A stretch of DNA of 64,000 nucleotides from Tubiluchus corallicola (taxonomy: Eukaryota; Animalia; Priapulida): contig JAQGDQ010000958.1 in assembly GCA_030141605.1 (NCBI GenBank), positions 11,911 to 75,910 on the forward strand, read 5' to 3'. The position numbers and the translations under genes were made by a program. The notes under the pieces were generated by a model, which ran no database searches, was not told where the DNA came from, and saw only the letters and a list, made by a program, of their open reading frames with translations. Shown in pieces: positions 38,749 to 52,273 of the stretch; within the stretch, counting starts at the first letter, position 1, and the number at the start of each line of letters is the position of its first letter.

Positions 38749-39205
38749 CCCTTTCAGTCCCAAATTATTTTTAAATAAGAAGAAATTTTTTGGCTTGGTA
38801 CTTTTATTCAGTATGTCCATCTTGTTTACACATAATAATTATTTTTTTCTACCTGTACCCGCGTGCTAAATATAGCCTGTATCCCAAGGGATACTTTGGG
38901 ATCCAATGGAAGCATAAAATGTGCTTCATTTTGTAACTGCTGATAATTTTTTAAAGTATTTAAGACATTTAGTATGCACGCTATGCTGATCTGTACAAAG
39001 TCATCTCTAAAGTGCTGTACCTTGCGCAGTTTTTTATGCTATGTAGATTTTCTAGTTTGCCATTTTATCACCATTTTAGCCTATTGTTATTGGCTTACAT
39101 CAAAAAAACTATTAACAGGTCAAATAACTGTCAGTTTAAAATTTTATTAATTTTAAAGGCAGAAAATATTCTCGTATCCCACGGGATACAACGGGTATGA
39201 AAGGG
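38749..39205. mobile_element. piggyBac-type MITE (copy 2)
   Basis: TTAA TSD with CCC...GGG termini. Confidence 0.9.
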
Positions 39206-39278
39206 TTAAGCATACGAAGCTAATCATATGTATAGAGCTACTAGATGGACAACTACGTAGTAATAAATAAGTGTATTA

Positions 39279-39880
39279 CAGTGTTCCCTCACTTATCGCG
39301 GGTGTTCCATTGCAAGCCCACCCGCGATAAGTGAATTTCCGCAAAGTAGGGACGCTATACTTATTTTAGTAGTTATACATTATTTTAAGTCTTTATAAAC
39401 CCTCCCCACACTCTTATACATAACCCTTTCCCATTCCCTTAATAATAAATTTCCCATACTGTACATGTACCCTTTAAAACTTTACTTAAATGTTCATACG
39501 AATGTTTTAAACTCTTAAACATAGATACGTAATTTTAAAAAATTGACGTGTGTTGTGTACAATCTCACGTCAGCAAGTAGCATCTCAACCGGGCGCAAGT
39601 ACTACATTTCATTTTTGGTGTGTATTCATCCGCCGAATAAATACACTATTTACTGTAAATACTAATTTTTTATGATTTATAATATTTTTTAATGTTAGAA
39701 TTAATATTTTTAATATATTTTTATACATTTTGTGATTTTTTATGCAAAATTCATCAAATCTATACATTACTGTACAATACGTACTGCGCATGTGCAAAAA
39801 TACTTTAAACGGAGTACCGCAAAAACCTGCGAAACAGCGAGCCCGCGATAAACAAACCGTGAAGTAGCAAGGGAACACTG
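39279..39880 (-). mobile_element. Tigger/pogo MITE, same family as 27227-27753, inverted
   Basis: cagtgttccct TIRs and shared internal sequence. Confidence 0.88.
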
Positions 39881-40336
39881 CACTGATGTACAAAGTTTGG
39901 CTTCATACAGGATGCAAAAGAACTTTTTGACTGGCAAACATTTGGCAAAGATAAAGTATGTAACAAAAAACTTATAAACACATAGTAATGCAAACAAGCA
40001 GGCACGACAAAAAGTCTGCAAGGCGTAATAACCGAGTATGTTGTATTCAAAGCTAATGCACTAGTTAAATGAATTATGAAATTTTGCGGTGTATACCGGC
40101 GCAAAAATCCATGTTCGCAATAAAGATTTAAACAAATCATATTTGTAATTATGATGTTATACTGTATTAATAAAATTACAATAGTTTAGGATTTACTTTA
40201 AAACAAATAAATAAGACCTGCAAGTGATTTAATTAATGGTCACCCATCCAAGTCCTAACAGCATTACAGTGTCATAACTATTGCATAAAATAACTACAAT
40301 CGTTGAGACAGGCACCCAAGTTTCACATGTACTCAC

Positions 40337-40457
40337 ATCTCGGCAATACTGATTAAGCTGAGAATATAAGGAAGCCAGTAATCCTTCTCTTTCATCTTGT
40401 CCTCTTAAACACGTCAAGACAACCGACAGGAAGGGCTGGTGACTCAGCAATGTCGTG
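40337..40457 (-). CDS. MED12: MED12 exon ([40 protein letters not shown])
   Basis: ctgcag/gtgagt boundaries. Matches the MED12 motif [26 protein letters not shown]. Confidence 0.95.
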
Positions 40458-40547
40458 CTGCAGAAAGAAAAAACGTTTATCAGATCTAGGGAACATAACA
40501 TTGAAATATAATTAAACACACTGACCACCAGCGCCGAAGAACAGCCG

Positions 40548-43500
40548 GTGAATAACTGTAGTTAACTGGAGAGTGTGAATAACTGTAGTTAACTGGAGTG
40601 TGTGAATAACTGTAGTTGACTGGAGTGTGTGAATAACTGTAGTTAACTGGAGTGCGTGAATAACTGTAGTTAACTGGAGTGTGTGAATAACTGTAGTTAA
40701 CTGGAGTGTGTGAATAACTGTAGTTAACTGGAGTGTGTGAATAACTGTAGTTGACTGGAGTGTGTGAATAACTGTAGTTGACTGGAGTGCGTGAATAACT
40801 GTAGTTAACTGGAGTGTGTGAATAACTGTAGTTAACTGGAGTGTGTGAATAACTGTAGTTAACTGGAGTCTGTGAATAACTGTAGTTAACTGGAGTGTGT
40901 GAATGACTGTAGTTAACTGGAGTGTGTGAACAACTGTAGTTAACTGGAGTGTGTGAAAGACTGTAGTTAACTGGAGTGTGTGAAAGACTGTAGTTAACTG
41001 GAGTGTGTGAACAACTGTAGTTGACTGGAGCGTGTGAATGACTGTAGTTAACTGGAGTGTGTGAATAACTGTAGTTGACTGGAGTGTGTGAATAACTGTA
41101 GTTAACTGGAGTGTGTGAACAACTGTAGTTAACTGGAGTGTGTGAATAACTGTAGGTGACTGGAGTGTGTGAATAACTGTAGTTAACTGGAGTGTGTGAA
41201 TAACTGTAGTTGACTGGAGTGTGTGAATAACTGTAGTTAACTGGAGTGTGTGAATAACTGTAGTTGACTGGAGTGTGTGAATAACTGTAGTTGACTGGAG
41301 TGTGTGAATAACTGTAGTTAACTGGAGTGTGTGAATAACTGTAGTTGACTGGAGTGTGTGAATAACTGTAGTTGACTGGAGTGTGTGAATAACTGTAGTT
41401 GACTGGAGTGTGTGAATAACTGTAGTTGACTGGAGTGTGTGAATAACTGTAGTTAACTGGAGTGTGTGAATAACTGTAGTTGACTGGAGTGTGTGAATAA
41501 CTGTAGTTGACTGGAGTGTGTGAATAACTGTAGTTAACTGGAGTGTGTGAATAACTGTAGTTGACTGGAGTGTGTGAATAACTGTAGTTAACTGGAGTGT
41601 GTGAATAACTGTAGTTGACTGGAGTGTGTGAATAACTGTAGTTGACTGGAGTGTGTGAATAACTGTAGTTGACTGGAGTGTGTGAATAGCTGTAGTTGAC
41701 TGGAGTGCGTGAATAACTGTAGTTAACTGGAGTGCGTGAATAACTGTAGTTAACTGGAGTGCGTGAATAACTGTAGTTAACTGGAGTGCGTGAATAACTG
41801 TAGTTAACTGGAGTGCGTGAATGACTGTAGTTAACTGGAGTGCGTGAATAACTGTAGTTAACTGGAGTGCGTGAATAACTGTAGTTGACTGGAGTGCGTG
41901 AATGACTGTAGTTAACTGGAGTGTGTGAATGACTGTAGTTAACTGGAGTGCGTGAATAACTGTAGTTAACTGGAGTGTGTGAATAACTGTAGTTAACTGG
42001 AGTGTGTGAATAACTGTAGTTAACTGGAGTGTGTGAATAACTGTAGTTAACTGGAGTGTGTGAATAACTGTAGTTAACTGGAGTGTGTGAATAACTGTAG
42101 TTGACTGGAGTGTGTGAATAACTGTAGTTAACTGGAGTGTGTGAATAACTGTAGTTGACTGGAGTGTGTGAATAACTGTAGTTGACTGGAGTGCGTGAAT
42201 AACTGTAGTTAACTGGAGTGTGTGAATAACGGTAGTTAACTGGAGTGTGTGAATAACTGTAGTTAACTGGAGTGTGTGAACAACTGTAGTTAACTGGAGT
42301 GTGTGAATAACTGTAGTTGACTGGAGTGTGTGAACAACTGTAGTTAACTGGAGTGTGTGAATAACTGTAGTTAACTGGAGTGTGTGAATAACTGTAGTTA
42401 ACTGGAGTGTGTGAACAACTGTAGTTAACTGGAGTGTGTGAATAACTGTAGTTAACTGGAGTGTGTGAATAACTGTAGTTGACTGGAGTGTGTGAATAAC
42501 TGTAGTTGACTGGAGTGTGTGAATAACTGTAGTTAACTGGAGTGTGTGAATAACTGTAGTTGACTGGAGTGTGTGAATAACTGTAGTTAACTGGAGTGTG
42601 TGAATAACTGTAGTTGACTGGAGTGTGTGAATAACTGTAGTTAACTGGAGTGTGTGAATAACTGTAGTTAACTGGAGTGTGTGAACAACTGTAGTTAACT
42701 GGAGTGCGTGAATAACTGTAGTTAACTGGAGTGTGTGAACAACTGTAGTTAACTGGAGTGCGTGAATAACTGTAGTTAACTGGAGTGTGTGAATAACTGT
42801 AGTTGACTGGAGTGTGTGAATAACTGTAGTTGACTGGAGTGTGTGAATAACTGTAGTTAACTGGAGTGTGTGAATAACGGTAGTTGACTGGAGTGCGTGA
42901 ATAACTGTAGTTAACTGGAGTGTGTGAACAACTGTAGTTAACTGGAATGCGTGAATAACTGTAGTTAACTGGAGTGTGTGAATAACGGTAGTTAACTGGA
43001 GTGCATGAATAACTGTAGTTAACTGGAGTGCGTGAATAACTGTAGTTAACTGGAGTGCGTGAATAACTGTAGTTGACTGGAGTGCGTGAATAACTGTAGT
43101 TGACTGGAGTGCGTGAATAACTGTAGTTGACTGGAGTGCGTGATTAACTGTAGTTGACTGGAGTGTGTGAATAACTGTAGTTGACTGGAGTGGGTGAATG
43201 ACTGTAGTTAACTGGAGTGCGTGAATAACTGTAGTTAACTGGAGAGCGTGAATGACTGTAGTTAACTGGAGTGCGTGAATAACTGTAGTTAACTGGAGTG
43301 CGTGAACAACTGTAGTTAACTGGAGTGTGTGAACAACTGTAGTTAACTGGAGTGCGTGAACAACTGTAGTTAACTGGAGCGTGTGAATGACTGTAGTTAA
43401 CTGGAGTGCGTGAATAACTGTAGTTAACTGGAGAGCGTGAACGACTGTAGTTAACTGGAGTGCGTGAATAACTGTAGTTAACTGGAGAGCGTGAACGACT

Positions 43501-44778
43501 GTAGTTAACTGGAGTGCGTGAATAACTGTAGTTAACTGGAGTGCGTGAACAACTGTAGTTAACTGGAGTGTGTGAACAACTGTAGTTAACTGGAGTGTGT
43601 GAACAACTGTAGTTAACTGGAGCGTGTGAATGACTGTAGTTAACTGGAGTGTGTGAATAACTGTAGTTAACTGGAGTGTGTGAATAACTGTAGTTGACTG
43701 GAGTGTGTGAATAACTGTAGTTAACTGGAGTGTGTGAATAACTGTAGTTGACTGGAGTGTGTGAATAACTGTAGTTAACTGGAGTGCGTGAATAACTGTA
43801 GTTAACTGGAGTGTGTGAACAACTGTAGTTGACTGGAGTGCGTGAATAACTGTAGTTAACTGGAGTGTGTGAATAACTGTAGTTAACTGGAGTGTGTGAA
43901 TATCTGTAGTTAACTGGAGTGTGTGAATAACTGTAGTTAACTGGAGTGCGTGAATAACTGTAGTTGACTGGAGTGTGTGAATGACTGTAGTTAACTGGAG
44001 TGCGTGAACAACTGTAGTTAACTGGAGTGTGTGAACAACTGTAGTTAACTGGAGTGCGTGAATGACTGTAGTTAACTGGAGTGTGTGAAAACTGTAGTTA
44101 ACTGGAGTGTGTGAACAACTGTAGTTAACTGAAGCGTGTGAATAACTGTAGTTAACTGGAGTGCGTGAACAACTGTAGTTCACTGGAGTGTGTGAATAAC
44201 TGTAGTTAACTGGAGTGTGTGAATAACTGTAGTTGACTGCAGTGTGTGAATAACTGTAGTTAACTGGAGTGTGTGAATAACTGTAGTTGACTGCAGTGTG
44301 TGAATAACTGTAGTTAACTGGAGTGCGTGAATAGCTGTAGTTGACTGGAGTGCGTGAATAACTGTAGTTAACTGGAGTGTGTGAATGACTGTAGTTAACT
44401 GGAGTGTGTGAACAACTGTAGTTAACTGGAGCGTGTGGGGAATGACTGTAGTTAACTGAAGTGTGTGAATAACTGTAGTTGACTGCAGTGTGTGAATAAC
44501 TGTAGTTAACTGGAGTGCGTGAATAACTGTAGTTAACTGGAGTGTGTGAATAACTGTAGTTGACTGCAGTGTGTGAATAACTGTAGTTGACTGCAGTGTG
44601 TGAATAAATGTAGTTAACTGGAGTGTGTGAATAACTGTAGTTGACTGGAGTGTGTGAATATCTGTAGTTAACTGGAGTGTGTGAATAACTGTAGTTAACT
44701 GGAGTGCGTGAATAACTGTAGTTGACTGGAGTGTGTGAATAACTGTAGTTAACTGGAGTGTGTGAATAACTGTAGTTA
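40548..44778. repeat. 27-bp satellite (~157 units) filling a MED12 intron
   Basis: Unit gtgaataactgtagttaactggagtgt. Confidence 0.98.
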
Positions 44779-44917
44779 TTCAGAAACCTAGAAAATTCTG
44801 GTCACGAGAAAATTTTTAGCATATCAGTATCATCAGTCGTGGTGCAGTTGTATGTGCAATACTGCAACTTACTGCAACTAATAAGTCATACGATTAAAAT
44901 ATAATTTAACAGCATAC

Positions 44918-45082
44918 GTTTTCTGCGCCGTCCTGTCCTTATCTTTCTTGGACGATGACGATGTCCAGTTGCCGCTCTCTAACACCTGTCCGGCCACTTT
45001 TAACACTTTGCCCTGCACTTTTTCCGGCAATTTTGAGATGAGAGGTGCGACTAGCCAGATGTTGGCTTTCTCTTGATCAGAT
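44918..45082 (-). CDS. MED12: MED12 exon (SDQEKANIWLVAPLISKLPEKVQGKVLKVAGQVLESG...)
   Basis: ttcag/gtatgc boundaries. Matches the MED12 motif [30 protein letters not shown]. Confidence 0.95.
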
Positions 45083-45829
45083 CTGAATTACAGCAAAAGT
45101 GACTCAGTCAAGTTGACCGAATGTGCAGTAGAAAACGGAAGTGATTGTTGTCAGACTTCTATTTAAAGATATTAGTTTCTTTTGCAGGAAAAAATTGTGC
45201 TCAGCCAGGGCTTGAACCTGCAACTTTCTGCTTACAAAGCAATGCTTCACCAATCAATTTCTTCAGAACTGTAAGAGTTTGTTGCACTTTGCCATGGGTT
45301 CATGGAAAAATGCTATCATTCAGCAATGATTATATTATATTTGATAACTTTTTGTAGGTTTCTATTCCTCACACAATGGATTTTCATGCAAAATTACACA
45401 TGAAATGCATTTGCTTACCTAAGACACATAAAAAAAATGATTATTTAATAGAAAATTGAAAAAAGCTTTCAGTAACTGCAGCGTTTGCACTAAAACAATG
45501 AACAGTATCACTTGGGTGAAATTGGCTAATGCAGAAAATTTCAATTATCCATACACAACACTGTGATACACTTTGGCCTCAAGTCTATTCTTTTTCAAAA
45601 AGAAATTCCTGTTAAAAGATGAAACAACCTTAATTTGTCCTTGGCTGATTGGTTGGTTTTTCCTGGAAAAGCAGCAGAACACTGCACAGCTTGGGCTGTA
45701 GCAAGCAGACAATCAATAAATTAGTGTGTAGGGTCACACAAATGTAAACCAGACTAAGCTACTTGATAGCCTAAGTCCGAGTGTCTGAAAAGGACATGGT
45801 TTTTTCGTAATTTTATCCAATTTAACCAG

Positions 45830-46090
45830 ACAGTTTAGTCTAGTGGTAATACGTCTGCTTTCCGTCTGGAAGGTCGTGAGTTCGAACCAGCGGCCGAGTC
45901 ATACCAAAGACATTAAAAATGGTACCTGTTGTTGCCCTGTCTAACGCGTGTTATTTAGGGTAAAAGTTAGGTAATAAAAGTCTCTGTTATGCAGTTGTTA
46001 ATTGTTTGATAACAGCTCTTTGAGCTAATGTTACTTGCTGAACCAAAAGCCGACATTAAATAAAGATTATTATTATTATTATTATTACTA
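45830..46090 (+). mobile_element. tRNA-derived SINE; related copy at about 19243-19500
   Basis: A box tagtctagtgg, B box gagttcgaacc, core gtcataccaaagac..aaaaatggtac, (tta)n tail. Confidence 0.8.
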
Positions 46091-46331
46091 AATCACTTAT
46101 ATATGTTTAAACAAATATCATTATTGGATAGCCGATTTCTCCTGAATAGAACAGTACCTAATTTGAATCATTTAGCTATGTCTGTGCTCATACAGTAGCA
46201 GAAAATTCTTAGGTTTTATAAGACCTATTTTGAATGGTGCAGTTCTGAAGGTGTTAAGCCACATTTGGTAAATAAAACAACATTTTTAAATATTTAGTAT
46301 TTAATAATTTACACTTGAATCAATGTCTTAC

Positions 46332-46538
46332 TTTTCACTCGTCTCCACGCCGCCCTTTGATGTTTTATCGCGACCTTTTCCTCGGTCATCAGACTGCTGT
46401 TGTTGAAACACCTCTATGGTGCACTTGGCTATCGTGTCCATTAGGCTATTTTTCTCCTCTGATGGACACTGTTTCAACATGAGCTGCAGTTCCAGCATGG
46501 ATACCCGCATGCTCCACAGGTCCAGGTTTTGAAGTATC
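46332..46538 (-). CDS. MED12: MED12 exon ([23 protein letters not shown]...)
   Basis: ttcag/gtaaga boundaries, phase 2-2. Matches the MED12 motif [24 protein letters not shown]. Confidence 0.95.
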
Positions 46539-46832
46539 CTGAAATAATATCATTTTTATGCGCATCATCACAGACAAAGCTAGTGGAAGCTTAAGAGTAA
46601 GACGGATCGGATAAAAATACGCGTTCAGAAAAATATAACTAATTTGCTGGCAGCACAAAGTATCTGTCGATGTAATTCTTGAACCGAGGTTTTAGTTTAC
46701 AGAGAAACAATTTTTGAGTACACAATTCCACAAATAAGAAAACCTGGAAAAAATAGATTTATAAGCAGCTATAGTACAACAAGGAAAGTCTAGTGTACAA
46801 CTATGAGAAGCAGCAAAATGCGGGTGCATTTC

Positions 46833-48813
46833 GTAACTTTGCTATCAATGTTTGTAACACCGAACCTTGTCATATTAAGATCTGCCGTAACTTTGCTATC
46901 AATGTTTGTAACACCGAACCTTGTCATATTAAGATCAGCTGTAACTTTGCTATCAATGTTTGTAACATTGAACCTTGTCATATTAAGATCAGCTGTAACT
47001 TTGCTATCAATGTTTGTAACATTGAATCTTGGTGCATTAAGATCAGCAGTAACTTTGCTATCAATGTTTGTAACACCGAACCTTGTCATATTAAGATCAG
47101 CTGTAACTTTGCTATCAATGTTTGTAACACCGAACCTTGTCATATTAAGATCAGCTGTAACTTTGCTATCAATGTTTGTAACATTGAATCTTGGCGTATT
47201 AAGATCAGCTGTAACTTTGCTATCAATGTTTGTAACATTGAATCTTGGTGTATTAAGAGCAGCAGTAACTTTGCTATCAATGTTTGTAACATTGAATCTT
47301 GTCATATTAAGATCAGCTGTAACTTTGCTATCAATGTTTGTAACACCGAACCTTGTCATATTAAGATCAGCTGTAACTTTGCTATCAATGTTTGTAAGAC
47401 TGAATCTTGGCGTGTTAAGATCTGCTGTAACTTTGCTATCAATGTTTGTAACATTGAATCTTGTCATATTAAGATCAGCTGTAACTTTGCTATCAATGTT
47501 TGTAACATTGAATCTTGGTGTATTAAGAGCAGCAGTAACTTTGCTATCAATGTTTGTAACATTGAATCTTGTCATATTAAGATCAGCTGTAACTTTGCTA
47601 TCAATGTTTGTAACACCGAACCTTGTCATATTAAGATCAGCTGTAACTTTGCTATCAATGTTTGTAACATTGAATCTTGGCGTATTAAGATCAGCTGTAA
47701 CTTTGCTATCAATGTTTGTAACATTGAATCTTTGCGTATTAAGAGCAGCAGTAACTTTGCTATCAATGTTTGTAACATTGAATCTTGTCATATTAAGATC
47801 AGCTGTAACTTTGCTATCAATGTTTGTAACACTGAATCTTGGCATATTAAGATCAGCTGTAACTTTGCTATCAATGTTTGTAACATTGAATCTTGGCATA
47901 TTAAGATCTGTCGTAACTTTGCTATCAATGTTTGTAACATTGAATCTTGGCATATTAAGATCAGCTGTAACTTTGCTATCAATGTTTGTAACATTGAATC
48001 TTGTCATATTAAGATCTGCCGTAACTTTGCTATCAATGTTTGTAACATTGAATCTTGGCGTATTAAGATCAGCAGTAACTTTGCTATCAATGTTTGTAAC
48101 ACTGAATCTTGGCATATTAAGATCAGCTGTAACTTTGCTATCAATGTTTGTAACATTGAATCTTGGCGTATTAAGATCAGCTGTAACTTTGCTATCAATG
48201 TTTGTAACATTGAATCTTTGCGTATTAAGATCTGCCGTAACTTTGCTATCAATGTTTGTAACATTGAATCTTGGTGTATTAAGAGCAGCAGTAACTTTGC
48301 TATCAATGTTTGTAACATTGAATCTTGGCGTATCAAGAGCAGCAGTAACTTTGCTATCAATGTTTGTAACATTGAATCTTGGCGTATCAAGAGCAGCAGT
48401 AACTTTGCTATCAATGTTTGTAACATTGAATCTTGGTGTATTAAGATCAGCAGTAACTTTGCTATCAATGTTTGTAAGACTGAATCTTGGCATGTTAACA
48501 TCCGCCGTAACTTTGCTATCAATGTTTGTAACATTGAATCTTGTCATACTAAGATCTGCCGTAACTTTGCTATCAATGTTTGTAACATTGAATCTTGGCG
48601 TATTAAGATCAGCAGTAACTTTGCTATCAATGTTTGTAAGACTGAATCTTGGCGTGTTAAGATCTGCTGTAACTTTGCTATCAATGTTTGTAACATTGAA
48701 TCTTGGCGTACTAAGATCTGTCGTAACTTTGCTATCAATGTTTGAACACTGAATCTTGGTGCATTAAGATCTGCTGTAACTTTGCTATCAATGTTTGTAA
48801 GACTGAATTTTGG
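46833..48813. repeat. 54-bp minisatellite array 1 (~37 units)
   Basis: Unit gtaactttgctatcaatgtttgtaacattgaatcttggcgtattaagatcagct; gives 18-aa periodic ORFs. Confidence 0.97.
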
Positions 48814-49454
48814 TGTGGGCTTTCAGCTGGAATCTGTGGTGTATGAGAAGTTGTCACTTTTTATTGTGCCAAATTTACACGCTTGAAATGAGTCAATGAA
48901 TTCAGTATAACAACCATTTGGTTTACCAGTGCAGATGCTTCTTTTAGTGCGGACAGTGAAAGGGGTTCGAGGCGGAAACTCTAAAATCAAAGAACTACTT
49001 GCATTCAACAGGTCTTCAGAGACCATTTAGCAGACAGAATAAACAAACAGAGCAGGTAACTAATTGTTTGCTAAGTGTCAGCGCTGGCAATAGAAAGTGA
49101 ACAGCACAATGTTGAACTAACAAAGTACACACACGTGCAAACATACATATATCCATTTGGAAATAGGCAAACTATATTTACAATGGCAGACAAACAAAGA
49201 TGACTTCGCATCAAACAGCATCCATGTTATTTCATTGTTATTTCATCACTCTGACACGGTGACAGCCTGTCACGATACCAATTACAACAGAAAACATGTT
49301 CTCATTAGATAGTGAATATCTCTTTGCTGTTATTGTACATCCTAGTTGGTAGATACAATCACAAGAAATGTGTAAATTTGTATGACACATTAGGAATCAA
49401 GTCAGTCTAGACTTGAACTTGAGTACAAACAGAAAACCACACAGCAGAAATTTC

Positions 49455-50402
49455 ATGGCAGTTAACAACAACACGAATCTGATACCAACTGATAACATTC
49501 AAGCTGCTATTGATATCTTCTCAATTGTCTTGGGCATTGCTATCATCACTTGCAATGGCTTCGTAGTGTACGTCATTACAAGAAGCCATAGTTTACATAA
49601 GCCTCTCTACTACGTACTGGGAAATTTGGCTGTGGCTGATGCATTATCTGGTTTTTGTCTTGTCCTTCAGACAATCTCATTCAGAACTATCAATTTAACG
49701 AAAGGTAATGTCATACTTTGTGGAGCGCTGTTTACTATTCCACACACATCAATCGTCAATTCTGTATTATTCTATTTCCTTGCCACGATCGAAAGATTCG
49801 CGAGCATCGTGTATCTGTTTCGTTATCACGTCTGGTTTTCCGACTATCGAGTCAAAATCTATTTGGTTTTGTTGTGGACTGATGCACTGGTATTCAGCTC
49901 AACAAATTTTATTATCTACATTTTTACCACAGAAGAGATCTTACACAAATGTATGCCACAGCAGGATGAAGCTTACAAAACTTTCGTCTTTTACATGGTA
50001 ATTACCTTTCTTCCCGTGATGGTAGGTGGGTTTACCTGCATCTATGTCGTGCTTTTGAAAACGGCTTTAAAACAGCTAAGAGCAATAGAAAGTGCAATTC
50101 CCGCGAATCATGCTCAGACGGGACATCACCGTTCGAGGCAAATCATATCTAGACTTCGTGCACGACTCAAGCCCATCAAGTCTGTGACAATCATAGTAGT
50201 CCTATTCTTACTGTGTTATTTGCCAGTGGATATGACGTTTATTGTACTGTACATCAAAGGCGAAACAGCGACGATTAACACCGGTAATTATCTTTGGTTT
50301 TTGCTGCCGGCGTATTGTAACTCGCTGGCTAATGTGTTTGTGTACGTGGCAAAGCTAGATGAATTCCGCAGTGAAATTAAAAGAAGATTCGCTATCCAGT
50401 AA
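49455..50402 (+). CDS. Class A (rhodopsin-like) orphan GPCR, copy 1 (type A), 315 aa, uninterrupted ORF, nested antisense in a MED12 intron
   Basis: Seven hydrophobic segments. Motifs: N1.50 (CNG), LHKPLYY..GNLAVAD (melanocortin/adenosine-like TM2), ERF at the DRY position, W4.50, FLP, CYLP, NSLANVFVY. Confidence 0.93.
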   Translation: MAVNNNTNLIPTDNIQAAIDIFSIVLGIAIITCNGFVVYVITRSHSLHKPLYYVLGNLAVADALSGFCLVLQTISFRTINLTKGNVILCGALFTIPHTSIVNSVLFYFLATIERFASIVYLFRYHVWFSDYRVKIYLVLLWTDALVFSSTNFIIYIFTTEEILHKCMPQQDEAYKTFVFYMVITFLPVMVGGFTCIYVVLLKTALKQLRAIESAIPANHAQTGHHRSRQIISRLRARLKPIKSVTIIVVLFLLCYLPVDMTFIVLYIKGETATINTGNYLWFLLPAYCNSLANVFVYVAKLDEFRSEIKRRFAIQ

Positions 50403-50881
50403 AGAAGCCAAACAAAACTTGGTTAAGAAGAAAGACGGGGCAATAATAACAAAAAAAAGCATCACTGATATCAGGATAGTCACATGAACTCTTTTATGGA
50501 ACAAATCTGATTCCTCTTCTAAAATGAAACAATCCTCCCTCGCTTACTAGAAACCAACAGACGTCCCTTTCAGTTGTACATGAGCTGAATGAGGTGAATT
50601 TTAACTACGTCACGCAAAATGCATTAAAAATCATTTATTTAATAATTTAATAATCATAAGATATGAGGACAAACGATTACAAAAATAGAGTAACTGACGG
50701 CACAAAGTATCTGTTGATGTGATTCTTGAACCAAGGTTTTAGTTTACAGAGAAACAATTTCTTACTACAGAATTCCACAAATAAGAAGACCGGGAAAAAA
50801 TCATGATTTATAAGCAGCTATAATACAACTAGGAATGTCTAGTGTAAGACTTTGAGAAGCAGCAAAATACGGGTGCATTTC

Positions 50882-51620
50882 GTAACTTTGCTATCAATGT
50901 TTGTAACACCGAACCTTGTCATATTAAGATCAGCTGTAACTTTGCTATCAATGTTTGTAACATTGAATCTTGGCGTATAAAGATCTGCCATAACTTTGCT
51001 ATCAATGTTTGTAACATTGAATCTTGGCTTATTAAGATCTGCTGTAACCTTGTTACTAATGTTTGTAACACTGAATTTTGGCATATTAAGATCTGCTGTA
51101 ACTTTGCTATCAATGTTTGTAACATTGAATCTTTGCGTATTAAGATCTGTCGTAACTTTGCTATCAATGTTTGAACACTGAATCTTGGCATATTAAGATC
51201 CGTCATAACTTTGCTATCAATGTTTGTAACATTGAATCTTGGCGCATTAAGATCTGTCGTAACTTTGCTATCAATGTTTGTAACATTGAATCTTGGCGCA
51301 TTAAGATCTGTCGTAACTTTGCTATCAATGTTTGTAACATTGAATCTTGGCGCATTAAGATCTGTTGTAACTTTGCTATCAATGTTTGTAACATTGAATC
51401 TTGGCGTGTTAAGATCTGTCGTAACTTTGCTATCAATGTCTGTAACATTGAATCTTGGCGCATTAAGATCTGTTGTAACTTTGCTATCAATGTTTGTAAC
51501 ATTGAATCTTGTCATACTAAGATCTGTCGTAACTTTGCTATCAATGTTTGTAACATAGATTACTGGTATATTAAGATCTGTCATAGCTTTGCTACCAATG
51601 TTTGTAACAGTGAATCTTGT
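50882..51620. repeat. 54-bp minisatellite array 2 (~14 units)
   Basis: Same unit as array 1. Confidence 0.97.
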
Positions 51621-52273
51621 TGTGGGCTTTCAGCTGGAGTGCGTGGTACATCAGAATTTGCCATTTTTTACTCTGCCAAATAATTTATATGCTTGAAATT
51701 AGTCAATGAATTCAGTATAACAACAATTTGGTTTACCAGTGCAGATGCTTCTTTTAGTGCGGACAGTGAAAGGGGTTCGAGGCGGAAACTCTAAAATCAA
51801 AGAACTACTTGCATTCAACAGGCCTTCAGAGACCATTTTAGTAGATAGAATAAACAAACAGAGCAGGTAACTAATTGTTTGCTAAGTGTCAGCGCTGGCA
51901 ATAGAAAGTGAACAGCACAATGTTGAGCTAACAAAGTACACACACGTGCAAACATACATATATCCATTTGGAAATAGGCAAACTATATTTACAATGGCAG
52001 ACAAACAAAGATGACTTCGCATCAAACAGCATCTATGTTATTTCATTGTTATTTCATCACTCTGACACGGTGACAGCCTGTCACGATACCAATTACAACA
52101 GAAAACATGTTCTCATTAGATAGTGAATATCTCTTTGCTGTTATTGTACATCCTAGTTGGTAGATACAATCACAAGAAATGTGTAAATTTGTATGGCACA
52201 TTAGGAATCAAGTCAGTCTATACTTGAAGCTGAGTACAATGGTTTAAACAGAAAACCACACAGCACAAATTTC

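Noticed and set aside
40512-44183. 1223-aa ORF of HTLQLTTVI repeats
   Set aside because: By-product of a 27-bp (multiple of 3) satellite inside a MED12 intron, with no unique domain and a non-ATG start.
45830-45900. tRNA gene
   Set aside because: A and B boxes are present but there is no cloverleaf acceptor stem, and the sequence continues into a SINE core and (tta)n tail.
46790-48752. 585-650-aa ORFs on both strands (also at 53641-54793)
   Set aside because: The 54-bp unit is open in several frames at once, which points to a satellite rather than genes.
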